DNA from: the human T2T-CHM13v2.0 reference genome, Homo sapiens
DNA: 64,000 bases
Direction of reading: 5' to 3'
Assembly (NCBI GenBank): GCA_009914755.4
Contig: CP086569.2
Coordinates: forward strand, 28,640,001-28,704,000
Position numbers and translations under genes: made by a program
Part shown: in pieces, positions 46,576-61,500 of the stretch
Layout: each line of letters begins with the position of its first letter
Numbering within the stretch: position 1 is the first letter of the stretch
Notes under the pieces: generated by a model
Told to the model about the DNA's origin: nothing
Seen by the model: the letters and a program-made list of their open reading frames with translations, nothing else
The model's database searches: none

Positions 46576-49500
46576 CCACACCCAGCCTTTCCAGTCAATG
46601 ATTTTGGATTATATTTTTTTGCATTCCATTACATTCTATGACATTCGATTCCGTTTCATTGCATTCCATTCCATGCATTTTTATTCCATTTGAGACCGTA
46701 GCTTTCCAGTTTATTCCAGGCCAGTCCATTACACTACATTCCCTTCCATTCCAATGAATTCCATTCCATTCCAATCCATTCCTTTCCTTTCGCTTGCATT
46801 CCATTCTATTCTCTTCTATTCCATACAATTTCACTCCATTCGTTCCCATTCCATTCAATTCCATTCCATTCAATTCCATTCCATTTGTTTCCATTCTCTT
46901 AGATTCCGTTTCTTTATATTCCATGCCATTCGATTCCATTCTATTGGAATGCATTACATTCGATTTCATTCCATTCCAGACCATTCCATTTGACTCCATT
47001 CCTTTCGAGCCCTTTCAATTGGAGTCCATTCCTTTCCAGTCCATTTCACTCCAGTCCATTACTATCCATTCCATGCCATTCCATCCCATTCCATTCCATT
47101 CCATTCCATTCCATTCCATTCCATTCCATTCCATTCCATTCCATTCCGTTCCATTACACTGCAATCCATTCCATTACATTCTATTCCATTTGGGTCGATT
47201 TTATTGCATTAGATTCTATTCCATTGGATTACTTTCCATGCGATTACATTCCATTCATGTACATTCCATTCCTGTCAATTACATTCGACTTCATTACATT
47301 ACATTCCAGTATATTCCATTCTATTCGATCCCATTCCTTTCAATTCCATTTCACTCGACTCCATTATATTCGATTCCATTCCTCCCGAATCCATTCCATT
47401 AGAGGACATTCCATTCCAACACATTCCATTCCATTCCATAACATTCCATTGCATTCGATTCCATTCCATTTGATGCCATTCCATGACATTCCATTCCATT
47501 CGAGTCCATTCCATTCCATTTCATTCCATTCCGTTTTATGAAACTCGAGTCCTTTCCATTCATTGCATTTTAATCACTTCCAATCCAATCAATTCCATTC
47601 AATTCCTTTCCATTGCATTTGATTATACTCCATTGATTTGATTCCATTCTGTTTGATTCCATTCCGTGAAATTTCGTTCCATTCTATTCCATTGCATTAC
47701 TTTCCATTCAATTCCATTCCATTTCATTTCAGTCCGTTGGCTTCCTTTCCTTTCGATTCAATTCCATTTGTTTCCACTCCATTCTATGCGATTTCATTCC
47801 AATCAATTCACTTCCATTCGATGACATTCCTTTCGTTTCCATTCTATTCGAGTCCATTCAATTTGAGCATTCGTGTCCATTCTTTTCGTGTCCATTCCAT
47901 TACAGTCTATTCCATTCCCTTCCATTCTTGTTGATTCAAATTAATTCCCTTCCATTCGATTCCTTTCAATTCGATTCCATTCCTTTCCATTCCATTCCAT
48001 TCGTTCCCATTCCATCTGATTCCATTCCATTCCAGTCCATTATATTCGAGTCCACTCCACTCCATTCTATTACATTCAATTACTTTTGAGTCCGTTCCAT
48101 AACACTCCGTTCATTTCGATTCCATTTCTTGCCAGGTTTATTCCATTTTATTCCATTCCGTTCGATTACATTCCATTCGATTGCATTCCAATCGATTGCA
48201 TTCCATTCGAATCCTTTCCATTCCATTTCATTCCATTCTTTTCTATTCCATTCCATTTCATTCAATTTGATTCCATTCTCTTCTATTCCATTCAATTCTT
48301 TTTCATTCCATTCGAATCCTTTCTATTGCAGTCCATTCCATTCGAGTCCATTCCAATCCCTTCCATGCCATTCCATTACAGTCCATTCCAATAGATTCCA
48401 TTCCTTTGCCTTCCATTCGACTCCATTCCATTCTAGTCCATTCCATTTGAGTCAATTCCATTCCACTCCATTCTATTCCTTTCCAATCCATTCGATTCCA
48501 TTCGATTCAATTCCATTTGATTCTCTTTCATTCTATTTTATTCCATGCCATTTGATTGCATTGCATTCCATTCCGTTTGATTCCAGTCCATTCAAGAAAG
48601 TTCCATTCCAGTCCATTGCTTTCGAGTCCATTCCATTCCACTCTAGTCTATTCCACTCCATTCCTTTCCATTCCATTCCATACTATTCCATTCCATTCCT
48701 TTGCATTCCGTTTCCAATCTATTCGAGTCCTTTGCATTCCAGTCCAATCCATTCGATTACATTCTTTTTGATTCCCTCCAGTCGATTGCATTGCATACTA
48801 GACCATTCCAAAGGAGTCCATTCCATTCTATTTCAACACTTTCCATTCTACTCTGTTCGAGTCAATTCCATTCCAGTCCATTTAATTCAAGGGCATTCCA
48901 TTCCATTCCATTCCATTTCATATTATTCCATTCCATTCAATTCCATTCCAGATGATTCCATTCCATTCTATACCATTGCTCTCTGTTCCATTGCATTCCA
49001 TCTGTCTCCATTCCTTTCGTTTCGATTCCTTTCCATTCCATTCCATTACATTTCATCCTATTTTATTAAATTGCATTCTATTCGAGTGATTTCCATTCGA
49101 GTCCTTTACATTCGATTCCATTCCATTCTATTCCATTCCTTTGGATTCCATTCCATTCCGTTCCGTTCACATCAATTCCTTAAGATTCCATTACATTCGA
49201 TTTCTTGCCATTCGATTCCATTCCTTTTGACTCTATTTCATTCTATTCCATTCCATTCCATTAATTTCCATTCCATTCGAGACCTTTCCATTGCAGTCTT
49301 TTCACTTCGAGTCCATTCCGTTCGATTCCATTCCATTCGATTCCATTCCATTGGAGTCCGTACCGGTCGAGTCCATTCTATTCCAGTCCATTAGTTTCGA
49401 CTCCATTGCATTCGAGTGCATTCCATTCCGTGGCTGTCCATTCCATTCCGTTTGATGCCATTCCATACGATTCCATTCAATTCGAGACCATTCTATTCCT

Positions 49501-52500
49501 GTCCATTCCCTGTGACTCGATTCCATTTCACTCTAGTCCATTCCATTCCATTCAATTCCATTCGACTCTATTCCGTTCCATTCAATTCCATTCCATTCGA
49601 TTCCATTCTTTTCCAGAACCTTCGATTACACTCCCTTGCATTCCAGTACATTCCATTCCAGTCTCTGCAGTTCGATTCCATTCCATTCGTTTCGATTCCA
49701 TTCCATTCCAGCCCATTCCATTCCATTCCATTCCTTTCCTTTCCGTTTCATTAGATTCCATTGCATTCAATTCCATTCAATTCAATTCCGTGCTATTCAA
49801 TTTGATTCCATTCCATTTAATTCCATTCCATTAGATTCCATTCCGTTCGATTCCATTCCTTTCGAATCCATTCCATTGGAGTCCATTCACTTCCAGAACA
49901 TTCCATTCCAGTCGAATCCATTCGAGTACATTCCATTAAAGTTCATTACATTCTAATACATTCTATTCCATTGCATTCCATTCCATTCCATTCGATGCCA
50001 TTCGATTCCATTCCATGCCAAATCATTCCATTCCTTTCCATTCCGTTGCTATCAATTCCATTCCGTTCCATTTAGTTCGATTCTATTCACTTCCTTTCCA
50101 TTCGATTCCATTCCATTGGAGTCAATTCCTTTCGACACCCAGCCTTTCCAGTCAATGATTTTGGAGTCCGTTTTTTTGCATTCCATTACATTCTATGACA
50201 TTCGATTCCGTTTCATTGCATTCCATTCCATACATTTTTATTCCATTCGAGACCGTAGCATTCCAGTTTATACCATGCCAGTCCATTACACTACATTCCC
50301 TTCCATTCCAATCCATTCCTTTCTTATCCATTGCATTCCATTCTATTCTCTTCTATTCCATACAATTTCACTCCATTCGTTCCCATTCCACTCAATTCCA
50401 TTCCATTCAATTCCATTCCATTTGTTTCCATTCTATTGGATTGCATTAGATTCGAGTTCATTCCATTCCAGACCATTCCATTTGACTCCATTCCTTTCGA
50501 GCCCTTTCAATTTGAGTCCATTCCTTTCCAGTCCATTTCACTCCAGTCCATTACTATCCATTCCATACCATTCCATCCCATTCCATCCCATTCCATTCCA
50601 TTCTATTCCATTCCATTCCATTCCACTCCATTGCATTCCATTCCATTCCATTCCATTGCACTGCATTCCATTCCATTACATTCTATTCCATTTGAGTCGA
50701 TTTTATTGCATTAGAATCTATTCCATTGGATTAATTTCCATTCGATTACATTCCATTCATGTACATTCCATTCCAGTCAATTACATTCGACTTTGTTACA
50801 TTGCATTCCAGTATATTCCATTCTATTCGATCCCATTCCTTTCCATTCCATTTTATTCCATTCCTTCTTATTCCATTCGGTTTCATTCGATTTGATTCCA
50901 TTCTGTTCTATTCCATTCTATTCTTTTTCATTCCATTCGAATCCTTTCTATTGCAGTCCATTCCATTCGAGTCCATTCCAATCCCTTCCATTCCATTCCA
51001 TTACAGTCCATTCCAATAGATTCTATTCCTTTGCCTTCCATTCGACTCCATTCCATTCTAGTCCATTCCATTTGAGTCAATTCCATTCTATTCCATTCTA
51101 TTCCTTTCCAATCCATTCGATTCCATTTGATTCAATTCCATTTGATTCTCTTTCATTCTATTTTATTCCATGCCATTTGATTGCATTGCATTCCATTCTT
51201 TTGATTCCAGTCCATTCAAGAAATTTCCATTCCAGTCCATTGCTTTCGAGTCCATTCCATTCCACTCTAGTCTATTCCACTGCATTCCTTTCCATTCCAT
51301 TCCATACTATTCCATTCCATTCCTTTGCATTCCGTTTCCAATCTATTCGAGTCCATTGCATTCCAGTCCAATCCATTCGATTACATTCCTTTTGATTCCC
51401 TGCCAGTCGATTGCATTGCATACTAGACCATTCCAAAGGAGTCCATTACATTCCATTTCAACACTTTCCATTCTAATCTGTTCGAGTCCATTCCATTCCA
51501 GTCCATTTAATTCAAGGGCATTCCATTCCATTCCATTCCATTTCATATTATTCCATTCTATTCAATTCCATTCCAGATGATTCCATTCCATTCTATACCA
51601 TTGCTCTCTGTTCCATTCCATTCCATCTGTCTCCATTCCTTTCGTTTCCATTCCTTTCCATTCCATTCCATTACATTTCATCCTATTTTATTAAATTGCA
51701 TTCTATTCGAGTGATTTCCATTCGAGTCCTTTCCATTCGATTCCATTCCATTCTATTCCATTCCTTTGGATTCCATTCCATTCCGTTCCGTTCACATCAA
51801 TTCCTTGCGATTCCATTACATTCGATTTCTTGCCATTCGATTCCATTCCTTTTGACTCTATTTCATTCTATTCCATTCCATTCCATTAATTTCCATTCCA
51901 TTCGAGACCTTTCCATTGCAGTCTTTTCACTTCGAGTCCATTCCGTTCGATTCCATTCCATTCGATTCCATTCCATTGGAGTCCGTACCGGTCGAGTCCA
52001 TTCTATTCCAGTCCATTAGTTTCGACTCCATTGCATTCGAGTGCATTCCATTCCGTGGCTGTCCATTCCATTCCGTTTGATGCCATTCCATACGATTCCA
52101 TTCAATTCGAGACCATTCTATTCCTGTCCATTCCCTGTGACTCGATTCCATTTCACTCTAGTCCATTCCATTCCATTCAATTCCATTCGACTCTATTCCG
52201 TTCCATTCAATTCCATTCCATTCGATTCCATTCTTTTCCAGAACCTTCGATTACACTCCCTTGCATTCCAGTACATTCCATTCCAGTCTCTGCAGTTCGA
52301 TTCCATTCCATTCGTTTCGATTCCATTCCATTCCAGCCCATTCCATTCCATTCCATTCCTTTCCTTTCCGTTTCATTAGATTCCATTGCATTCAATTCCA
52401 TTCAATTCAATTCCGTGCTATTCAATTTGATTCCATTCCATTTAATTCCATTCCATTAGATTCCATTCCGTTCGATTCCATTCCTTTCGAATCCATTCCA

Positions 52501-55500
52501 TTGGAGTCCATTCACTTCCAGAACATTCCATTCCAGTCGAATCCATTCGAGTACATTCCATTAAAGTTCATTACATTCTAATACATTCTATTCCATTGCA
52601 TTCCATTCCATTCCATTCGATGCCATTCGATTCCATTCCATGCCAAATCATTCCATTCCTTTCCATTCCGTTGCTATCAATTCCATTCCGTTCCATTTAG
52701 TTCGATTCTATTCACTTCCTTTCCATTCGATTCCATTCCATTGGAGTCAATTCCTTTCGACACCCAGCCTTTCCAGTCAATGATTTTGGAGTCCGTTTTT
52801 TTGCATTCCATTACATTCTATGACATTCGATTCCGTTTCATTGCATTCCATTCCATACATTTTTATTCCATTCGAGACCGTAGCATTCCAGTTTATACCA
52901 TGCCAGTCCATTACACTACATTCCCTTCCATTCCAATCCATTCCTTTCTTATCCATTGCATTCCATTCTATTCTCTTCTATTCCATACAATTTCACTCCA
53001 TTCGTTCCCATTCCACTCAATTCCATTCCATTCAATTCCATTCCATTTGTTTCCATTCTATTGGATTGCATTAGATTCGAGTTCATTCCATTCCAGACCA
53101 TTCCATTTGACTCCATTCCTTTCGAGCCCTTTCAATTTGAGTCCATTCCTTTCCAGTCCATTTCACTCCAGTCCATTACTATCCATTCCATACCATTCCA
53201 TCCCATTCCATCCCATTCCATTCCATTCTATTCCATTCCATTCCATTCCACTCCATTGCATTCCATTCCATTCCATTCCATTGCACTGCATTCCATTCCA
53301 TTACATTCTATTCCATTTGAGTCGATTTTATTGCATTAGAATCTATTCCATTGGATTAATTTCCATTCGATTACATTCCATTCATGTACATTCCATTCCA
53401 GTCAATTACATTCGACTTTGTTACATTGCATTCCAGTATATTCCATTCTATTCGATCCCATTCCTTTCCATTCCATTTTATTCCATTCCTTCTTATTCCA
53501 TTCGGTTTCATTCGATTTGATTCCATTCTGTTCTATTCCATTCTATTCTTTTTCATTCCATTCGAATCCTTTCTATTGCAGTCCATTCCATTCGAGTCCA
53601 TTCCAATCCCTTCCATTCCATTCCATTACAGTCCATTCCAATAGATTCTATTCCTTTGCCTTCCATTCGACTCCATTCCATTCTAGTCCATTCCATTTGA
53701 GTCAATTCCATTCTATTCCATTCTATTCCTTTCCAATCCATTCGATTCCATTTGATTCAATTCCATTTGATTCTCTTTCATTCTATTTTATTCCATGCCA
53801 TTTGATTGCATTGCATTCCATTCTTTTGATTCCAGTCCATTCAAGAAATTTCCATTCCAGTCCATTGCTTTCGAGTCCATTCCATTCCACTCTAGTCTAT
53901 TCCACTGCATTCCTTTCCATTCCATTCCATACTATTCCATTCCATTCCTTTGCATTCCGTTTCCAATCTATTCGAGTCCATTGCATTCCAGTCCAATCCA
54001 TTCGATTACATTCCTTTTGATTCCCTGCCAGTCGATTGCATTGCATACTAGACCATTCCAAAGGAGTCCATTACATTCCATTTCAACACTTTCCATTCTA
54101 ATCTGTTCGAGTCCATTCCATTCCAGTCCATTTAATTCAAGGGCATTCCATTCCATTCCATTCCATTTCATATTATTCCATTCTATTCAATTCCATTCCA
54201 GATGATTCCATTCCATTCTATACCATTGCTCTCTGTTCCATTCCATTCCATCTGTCTCCATTCCTTTCGTTTCCATTCCTTTCCATTCCATTCCATTACA
54301 TTTCATCCTATTTTATTAAATTGCATTCTATTCGAGTGATTTCCATTCGAGTCCTTTCCATTCGATTCCATTCCATTCTATTCCATTCCTTTGGATTCCA
54401 TTCCATTCCGTTCCGTTCACATCAATTCCTTGCGATTCCATTACATTCGATTTCTTGCCATTCGATTCCATTCCTTTTGACTCTATTTCATTCTATTCCA
54501 TTCCATTCCATTAATTTCCATTCCATTCGAGACCTTTCCATTGCAGTCTTTTCACTTCGAGTCCATTCCGTTCGATTCCATTCCATTCGATTCCATTCCA
54601 TTGGAGTCCGTACCGGTCGAGTCCATTCTATTCCAGTCCATTAGTTTCGACTCCATTGCATTCGAGTGCATTCCATTCCGTGGCTGTCCATTCCATTCCG
54701 TTTGATGCCATTCCATACGATTCCATTCAATTCGAGACCATTCTATTCCTGTCCATTCCCTGTGACTCGATTCCATTTCACTCTAGTCCATTCCATTCCA
54801 TTCAATTCCATTCGACTCTATTCCGTTCCATTCAATTCCATTCCATTCGATTCCATTCTTTTCCAGAACCTTCGATTACACTCCCTTGCATTCCAGTACA
54901 TTCCATTCCAGTCTCTGCAGTTCGATTCCATTCCATTCGTTTCGATTCCATTCCATTCCAGCCCATTCCATTCCATTCCATTCCTTTCCTTTCCGTTTCA
55001 TTAGATTCCATTGCATTCAATTCCATTCAATTCAATTCCGTGCTATTCAATTTGATTCCATTCCATTTAATTCCATTCCATTAGATTCCATTCCGTTCGA
55101 TTCCATTCCTTTCGAATCCATTCCATTGGAGTCCATTCACTTCCAGAACATTCCATTCCAGTCGAATCCATTCGAGTACATTCCATTAAAGTTCATTACA
55201 TTCTAATACATTCTATTCCATTGCATTCCATTCCATTCCATTCGATGCCATTCGATTCCATTCCATGCCAAATCATTCCATTCCTTTCCATTCCGTTGCT
55301 ATCAATTCCATTCCGTTCCATTTAGTTCGATTCTATTCACTTCCTTTCCATTCGATTCCATTCCATTGGAGTCAATTCCTTTCGACACCCAGCCTTTCCA
55401 GTCAATGATTTTGGAGTCCGTTTTTTTGCATTCCATTACATTCTATGACATTCGATTCCGTTTCATTGCATTCCATTCCATACATTTTTATTCCATTCGA

Positions 55501-58500
55501 GACCGTAGCATTCCAGTTTATACCATGCCAGTCCATTACACTACATTCCCTTCCATTCCAATCCATTCCTTTCTTATCCATTGCATTCCATTCTATTCTC
55601 TTCTATTCCATACAATTTCACTCCATTCGTTCCCATTCCACTCAATTCCATTCCATTCAATTCCATTCCATTTGTTTCCATTCTATTGGATTGCATTAGA
55701 TTCGAGTTCATTCCATTCCAGACCATTCCATTTGACTCCATTCCTTTCGAGCCCTTTCAATTTGAGTCCATTCCTTTCCAGTCCATTTCACTTCAGTCCA
55801 TTACAATCCATTACATACCATTCCATCCCATTGCATCCCATTCCATTCCATTCTATTCCATTCCATTCCATTCCACTCCATTGCATTCCATTCCATTCCA
55901 TTCCATTGCACTGCATTCCATTCCATTACATTCTATTCCATTTGAGTCGATTTTATTGCATTAGATTCTATTCCATTGGATTACTTTCCACTCGATTACA
56001 TTCCATTCATGTACATTCCATTCCAGTCAATTACATTCGACTTTGTTACATTGCACTCCAGTATATTCCATTCTATTCGATCCCATTCCTTTCCATTCCA
56101 TTTCATTCCATTCCTTCTTATTCCATTCCGTTTCATTCGATTTGATTCCATTCTGTTCTATTCCATTCAATTCTTTTTCATTCCATTCGAATCTTTCTAT
56201 TGCAGTACATTCAATTCGAGTCCATTCCAATCCCTTCCATTCCATTCCATTACAGTCCATTCCAATAGATTCTATTCTTTTGCCTTCCATTCGAATCCAT
56301 TCCATTCTAGTCCATTCCATTTGAGTCAATTCCATTCCATTCCATTCTATTCCTTTCCAATCCATTCGATTCCATTCGATTCAATTCCATTTGATTCTCT
56401 TTCATTCTATTTTATTCCATGCCATTTGATTGCATTGCATTCCATTCCGTTTGATTCCAGTCCATTCAAGAAAGTTCCATTCCAGTCCATTGCTTTCGTG
56501 TCCATTCCATTCCACTCTAGTCTATTCCACTGCATTCCTTTCCATTCCATTCCATACTATTCCATTCCATTCCTTTGCATTCCGTTTGCAATCTATTCGA
56601 GTCCATTGCATTCCAGTCCAATCCATTCGATTACATTCCTTTTGATTCCCTGCCAGTCGATGCATTGCATATTAGACCATTCCAAAGGAGTCCATTCCAT
56701 TCTATTTCAACACTTTCCATTCCAGTCTGTTCGAGTCCATTCCATTCCAGTCCATTTAATTCAAGGGCATTCCATTCCATTCCATTCCATATCATATTAT
56801 TCCATTCCATTCAATTCCATTCCAGATGATTCCATTCCATTCTATACCATTGCTCTCTGTTCCATTCCATTCCATCTGTCTCCATTCCTTTCGTTTCGAT
56901 TCCTTTCCATTCCATTCCATTACATTTCATCCTATTTTATTAAATTGCATTCTATTCGAGTGATTTCCATTCGAGTCCTTTCCATTCGATTCAATTCCAT
57001 TCTATACCATTCCTTTGGATTCCATTCCATTCCGTTCCGTTCACATCCATTCCTTGCGATTCCATTACATTCGATTTCTTGCCATTCGATTCCATTCCTT
57101 TTGACTCCATTTCATTCGATTCCATTCCATTCCATTAATTTCCATTCCATTCGAAACCTTTCCATTGCAGTCTTTTCACTTCGAGTCCATTCCGTTCGAT
57201 TCCATTTCATTCGATTCCATTCCTTTGGAGTGCGTACCAGTCGAGTCCATTCTATTCCACTCCATTAGTTTCGACTCCATTGCATTCGAGTGCATTCAAT
57301 TCCTTGGCTGTCCATTCCATTCCGTTTGATGCCATTCCATAGGATTCCATTCAATTCGAGACCATTCTATTCCTGTCCATTCCTTGTGATTCGATTCCAT
57401 TTCACTCTAGTCCATTCTATTCCATTCAATTCCATTCGACTCTATTCCGTTCCATTCAATTAAATTCCATTCGATTCCATTTGTTTCGAGAACCTTCCAT
57501 TACACTCCCTTCCATTCCAGTGCATTCCATTCCAGTCTCTTCAGTTCGATTCCATTCCATTCGTTTCGATTCCTTTCCATTCCAGCCCATTCCATTCCAT
57601 TCCATTCCTTTCCTTTCCGTTTCATTAGATTCCATTGCGTTCGATTCCATTCAATTCAATTCCGTGCTATTCAGTTTGATTCCTTTCCATTTAATTCCAT
57701 TCCATTAGATAACATTCCGTTCGATTCCATTCCTTTCGAATCCATTCCATTGGAGTCCATTCACTTCCAGAACATTCCATTCCAGTCGAATCCATTCGAG
57801 TACATTCCATTAAAGTTCATTACATTCTAATACATTCCATTCCATTGCATTCCATTCCATTCCATTCGATGCCATTCGATTCCATTCCATGCCAAATCAT
57901 TCCATTCCTTTCCATTCCGTTCCGGTCAATTGCATTCCATTCAATTTAGTTCGATTCTATTCACTTCCATTCCATTCGATTCCATTCCATTGGAGTCAAT
58001 TCCTTTCGACACACAGTCTTTCCAGTCAATGACTTTGGAGTCCATTTTTTTGCATTCCATTACATTCTATGACATTCGATTCCGTTTCATTGCATTCCAT
58101 TCCATACATTTTTATTCCATTCGAGACCGTAGCATTCCAGTTTATTCCAGGCCTGTCCATTACACTACATTCCCTTCCATTCCAATGAATTCCATTCCAT
58201 TCTAATCCATTCCTTTCCTTTCGCTTGCATTCCATTCTATTCTCTTCTATTCCATACAATTTCACTCCATTCGTTCCCATTCCATTCAATTCCATTCCAT
58301 TCAATTCCATTCCATTTCTTTCCATTCTCTTCGATTCCATTTCTTTATATTCCATGCCATTCGATTCCATTCCATTGGATTGCATTACATTCGAGTTCAT
58401 TCCATTCCAGACCATTCCATTTGACTCCATTCCTTTCGAGCCCTTTCAATTTGAGTCCATTGCTTTCCAGTCCATTTCACTCCAGTCCATTCCTATCCAT

Positions 58501-61500
58501 TCCATACCATTCCATCCCATTCCATTCCATTCCATTCCACTCCATTGCATTCCATTCCATTCCATTCCATTGCACTGCATTCCATTCCATTACATTCTAT
58601 TCCATTTGAGTCGATTTTATTGCATTAGATTCTATTCCATTGGATTACTTTCCATTCGATTACATTCCATTCATGTACATTCCATTCCAGTCAATTACAT
58701 TCGACTTCATTACATTACATGCTAGTATATTCCATTCTATTCGATCCCATTCCTTTCAATTCCATTTCATTCGACTCCATTATATTCAATTCCATTCCAC
58801 TCGAATCCATTCCATTAGAGGACATTTCATTCCAATACATTCCATTCCATTCCATAACATTCCATTGCATTCGATTCCATTCCATTTGATGCCATTCCAT
58901 GACTTTCCATTCCATTCGAGTCCATTGCATTCCAATTCATTCCATTCCGTTTCATAAAGTTCGAATCCTTTCCATTCCATTGCATTCCAATCCGTTCCAA
59001 TCCAATCTATTCCATTCAATTCCTTTCCATTCCATTTGATTATATTCCATTGATTTGATTCCATTCAGTTTGATTCCATTCCGTGAAATTTCGTTCCATT
59101 CTATTCCATTGCATTACTTTCCATTCAATTCCATTCCATTTCATTTCAGTCCATTCGCTTCCTTTCCTTTCGATTCAATTCTATTTGATTCCACTCCATT
59201 CTATGACATTTCATTCCAATCGATACAATTCCATTCGATGATATTCCTTTCGTTTCCATTCTATTCGAGTCCATTCAATTTGAGCATTCGTGTCCATTCT
59301 ATTCGAGTCCATTCCATTACAGTCTATTCTATTCCCTTCCATTCCTGTTGATTCAATTTCATTCCCTTCCATTTGATTCCTTTGCATTCGATTCCATTCC
59401 GTTCCATTCCATTCCATTCGTTCCCATTCCATGTGATTCCATTCCATTCCAGTCCATTATATTCGAGTCCACTCCACTCCATTCTATTACATTCCATTCC
59501 TTTTGAGTCCGTTCCATAACACTCCATTCATTTCGATTCCATTTATTGCCAGTTTGCTTCCATCTTATTCCATTCCGTTCGTTTCCATTCCATTCGATTG
59601 CATTCCATTCGATTGCATTCCATTCGAATCCTTTCCATTCCATTTCATTCCATTCCTTTCTATTCCATTCCATTTCATTCGATTTGATTCCATTCTGTTC
59701 TATTCCATTCAATTATTTTTCATTCCATTCGAATCCTTTCTATTGCAGTCCATTCCATTCGAGTCCATTCCAATCCCTTCCATTCCATTCCATTACAGTC
59801 CATTCCAATAGATTCTATTCCTTTGCCTTCCATTCGACTCCCTTCTATTCTAGTCCATTCCATTTGTGTCAATTCCATTCCATTCCATTCTATTCCTTTC
59901 CAATCCATTCGATTCCATTCGACTCAATTCCATTCGATTCTCTTTCATTCTATTTTATTCCATGCCATTTGATTGCATTGCATTCCATTCCGTTTGATTC
60001 CAGTCCATTCAAGAAAGTTCCATTCCAGTCCATTGCTTTCGAGTCCATTCCATTCCACTCTAGTCTATTCCACTCCATTTCTTTCCATTCCATTCCATAC
60101 TATTCCATTCCATTCCTTTGCATTCCGTTTCTAATCTATTCGAGTCGATTGCATTCCAGTCCAATCCATTCGATTACATTCCTTTTGATTCCCTGCCAGT
60201 CGATTGCATTGCATATTAGACCATTCCAAAGGAGTCCATTCCATTCTATTTCAACACTTTCCATTCCACTCTGTTCGAGTCCATTCCATTCCAGTCCATT
60301 TAATTCAAGGGCATTCCATTCCATTCCATTCCATATCATATTATTCCATTCCATTCAATTCCATTCCAGATGATTCCATTCCATTCTATACCATTGCTCT
60401 CTGTTCCATTCCATTCCATCTGTCTCCATTCCTTTCGTTTCGATTCCTTTCCATTCCATTCCATTACATTTGATCCTATTTTACTAAATTGCATTCTATT
60501 CGAGTGATTTCCATTCGAGTCCTTTCCATTCGATTCCATTCCATTCTATACCATTCCTTTGGATTCCATTCCATTCCGTTCCGTTCACATCCATTCCTTG
60601 CGAATCCATTACATTCGATTTCTTGCCATTCGATTCCATTCCTTTTGACTCCATTTCATTCGATTCCATTCCATTCCATTAATTTCCATTCCATTCGAAA
60701 CCTTTCCATTGCAGTCTTTTCACTCCGAGTCCATTCCGTTCGATTCCATTCCATTCGATTCCATTCCATTGGAGTGCGTACCAGTCGAGTCCATTCTATT
60801 CCACTCCATTAGTTTCGACTCCATTGCATTCGAGTGCATTCCATTCCTTGGCTGTCCATTCCATTCCGTTTGATGCCATTCCATACGATTCCATTCAATT
60901 CGAGACCATTCTATTCCTGTCCATTCCTTGTGATTCGATTCCATTTCACTCTAATCCATTCCATTCCATTCAATTCCATTCGACTCTATTCCGTTCCATT
61001 CAATTAAATTCCATTCGATTCCATTTGTTTCGAGAACCTTCCATTACACTCCCTTCCATTCCAGTGCATTCCATTCCAGTCTCTTCAGTTCGATTCCATT
61101 CCATTCGTTTCGATTCCATTCCATTCCAGCCCATTCCATTCCATTCCATTCCTTTCCTTTCCGTTTCATTAGATTCCACTGCGTTCGATTCCATTCAATT
61201 CAATTCTGTGCTATTCAGTTTGATTCCTTTCCATTTAATTCCATTCCATTAGATAACATTCCGTTCGATTCCATTCCTTTCGAATCCATTCCATTGGAGT
61301 CCATTCACTTCCAGAACATTCCATTCCAGTCGAATCCATTCGAGTACATTCCATTAAAGTTCATTACATTCTAATACATTCCATTCCATTGCATTCCATT
61401 CCATTCCATTCGATGCCATTCGATTCCATTCCATGCCAAATCATTGCATTCCTTTCCATTCCGTTCCTGTCAATTGCATTCCATTCGATTTAGTTCGATT

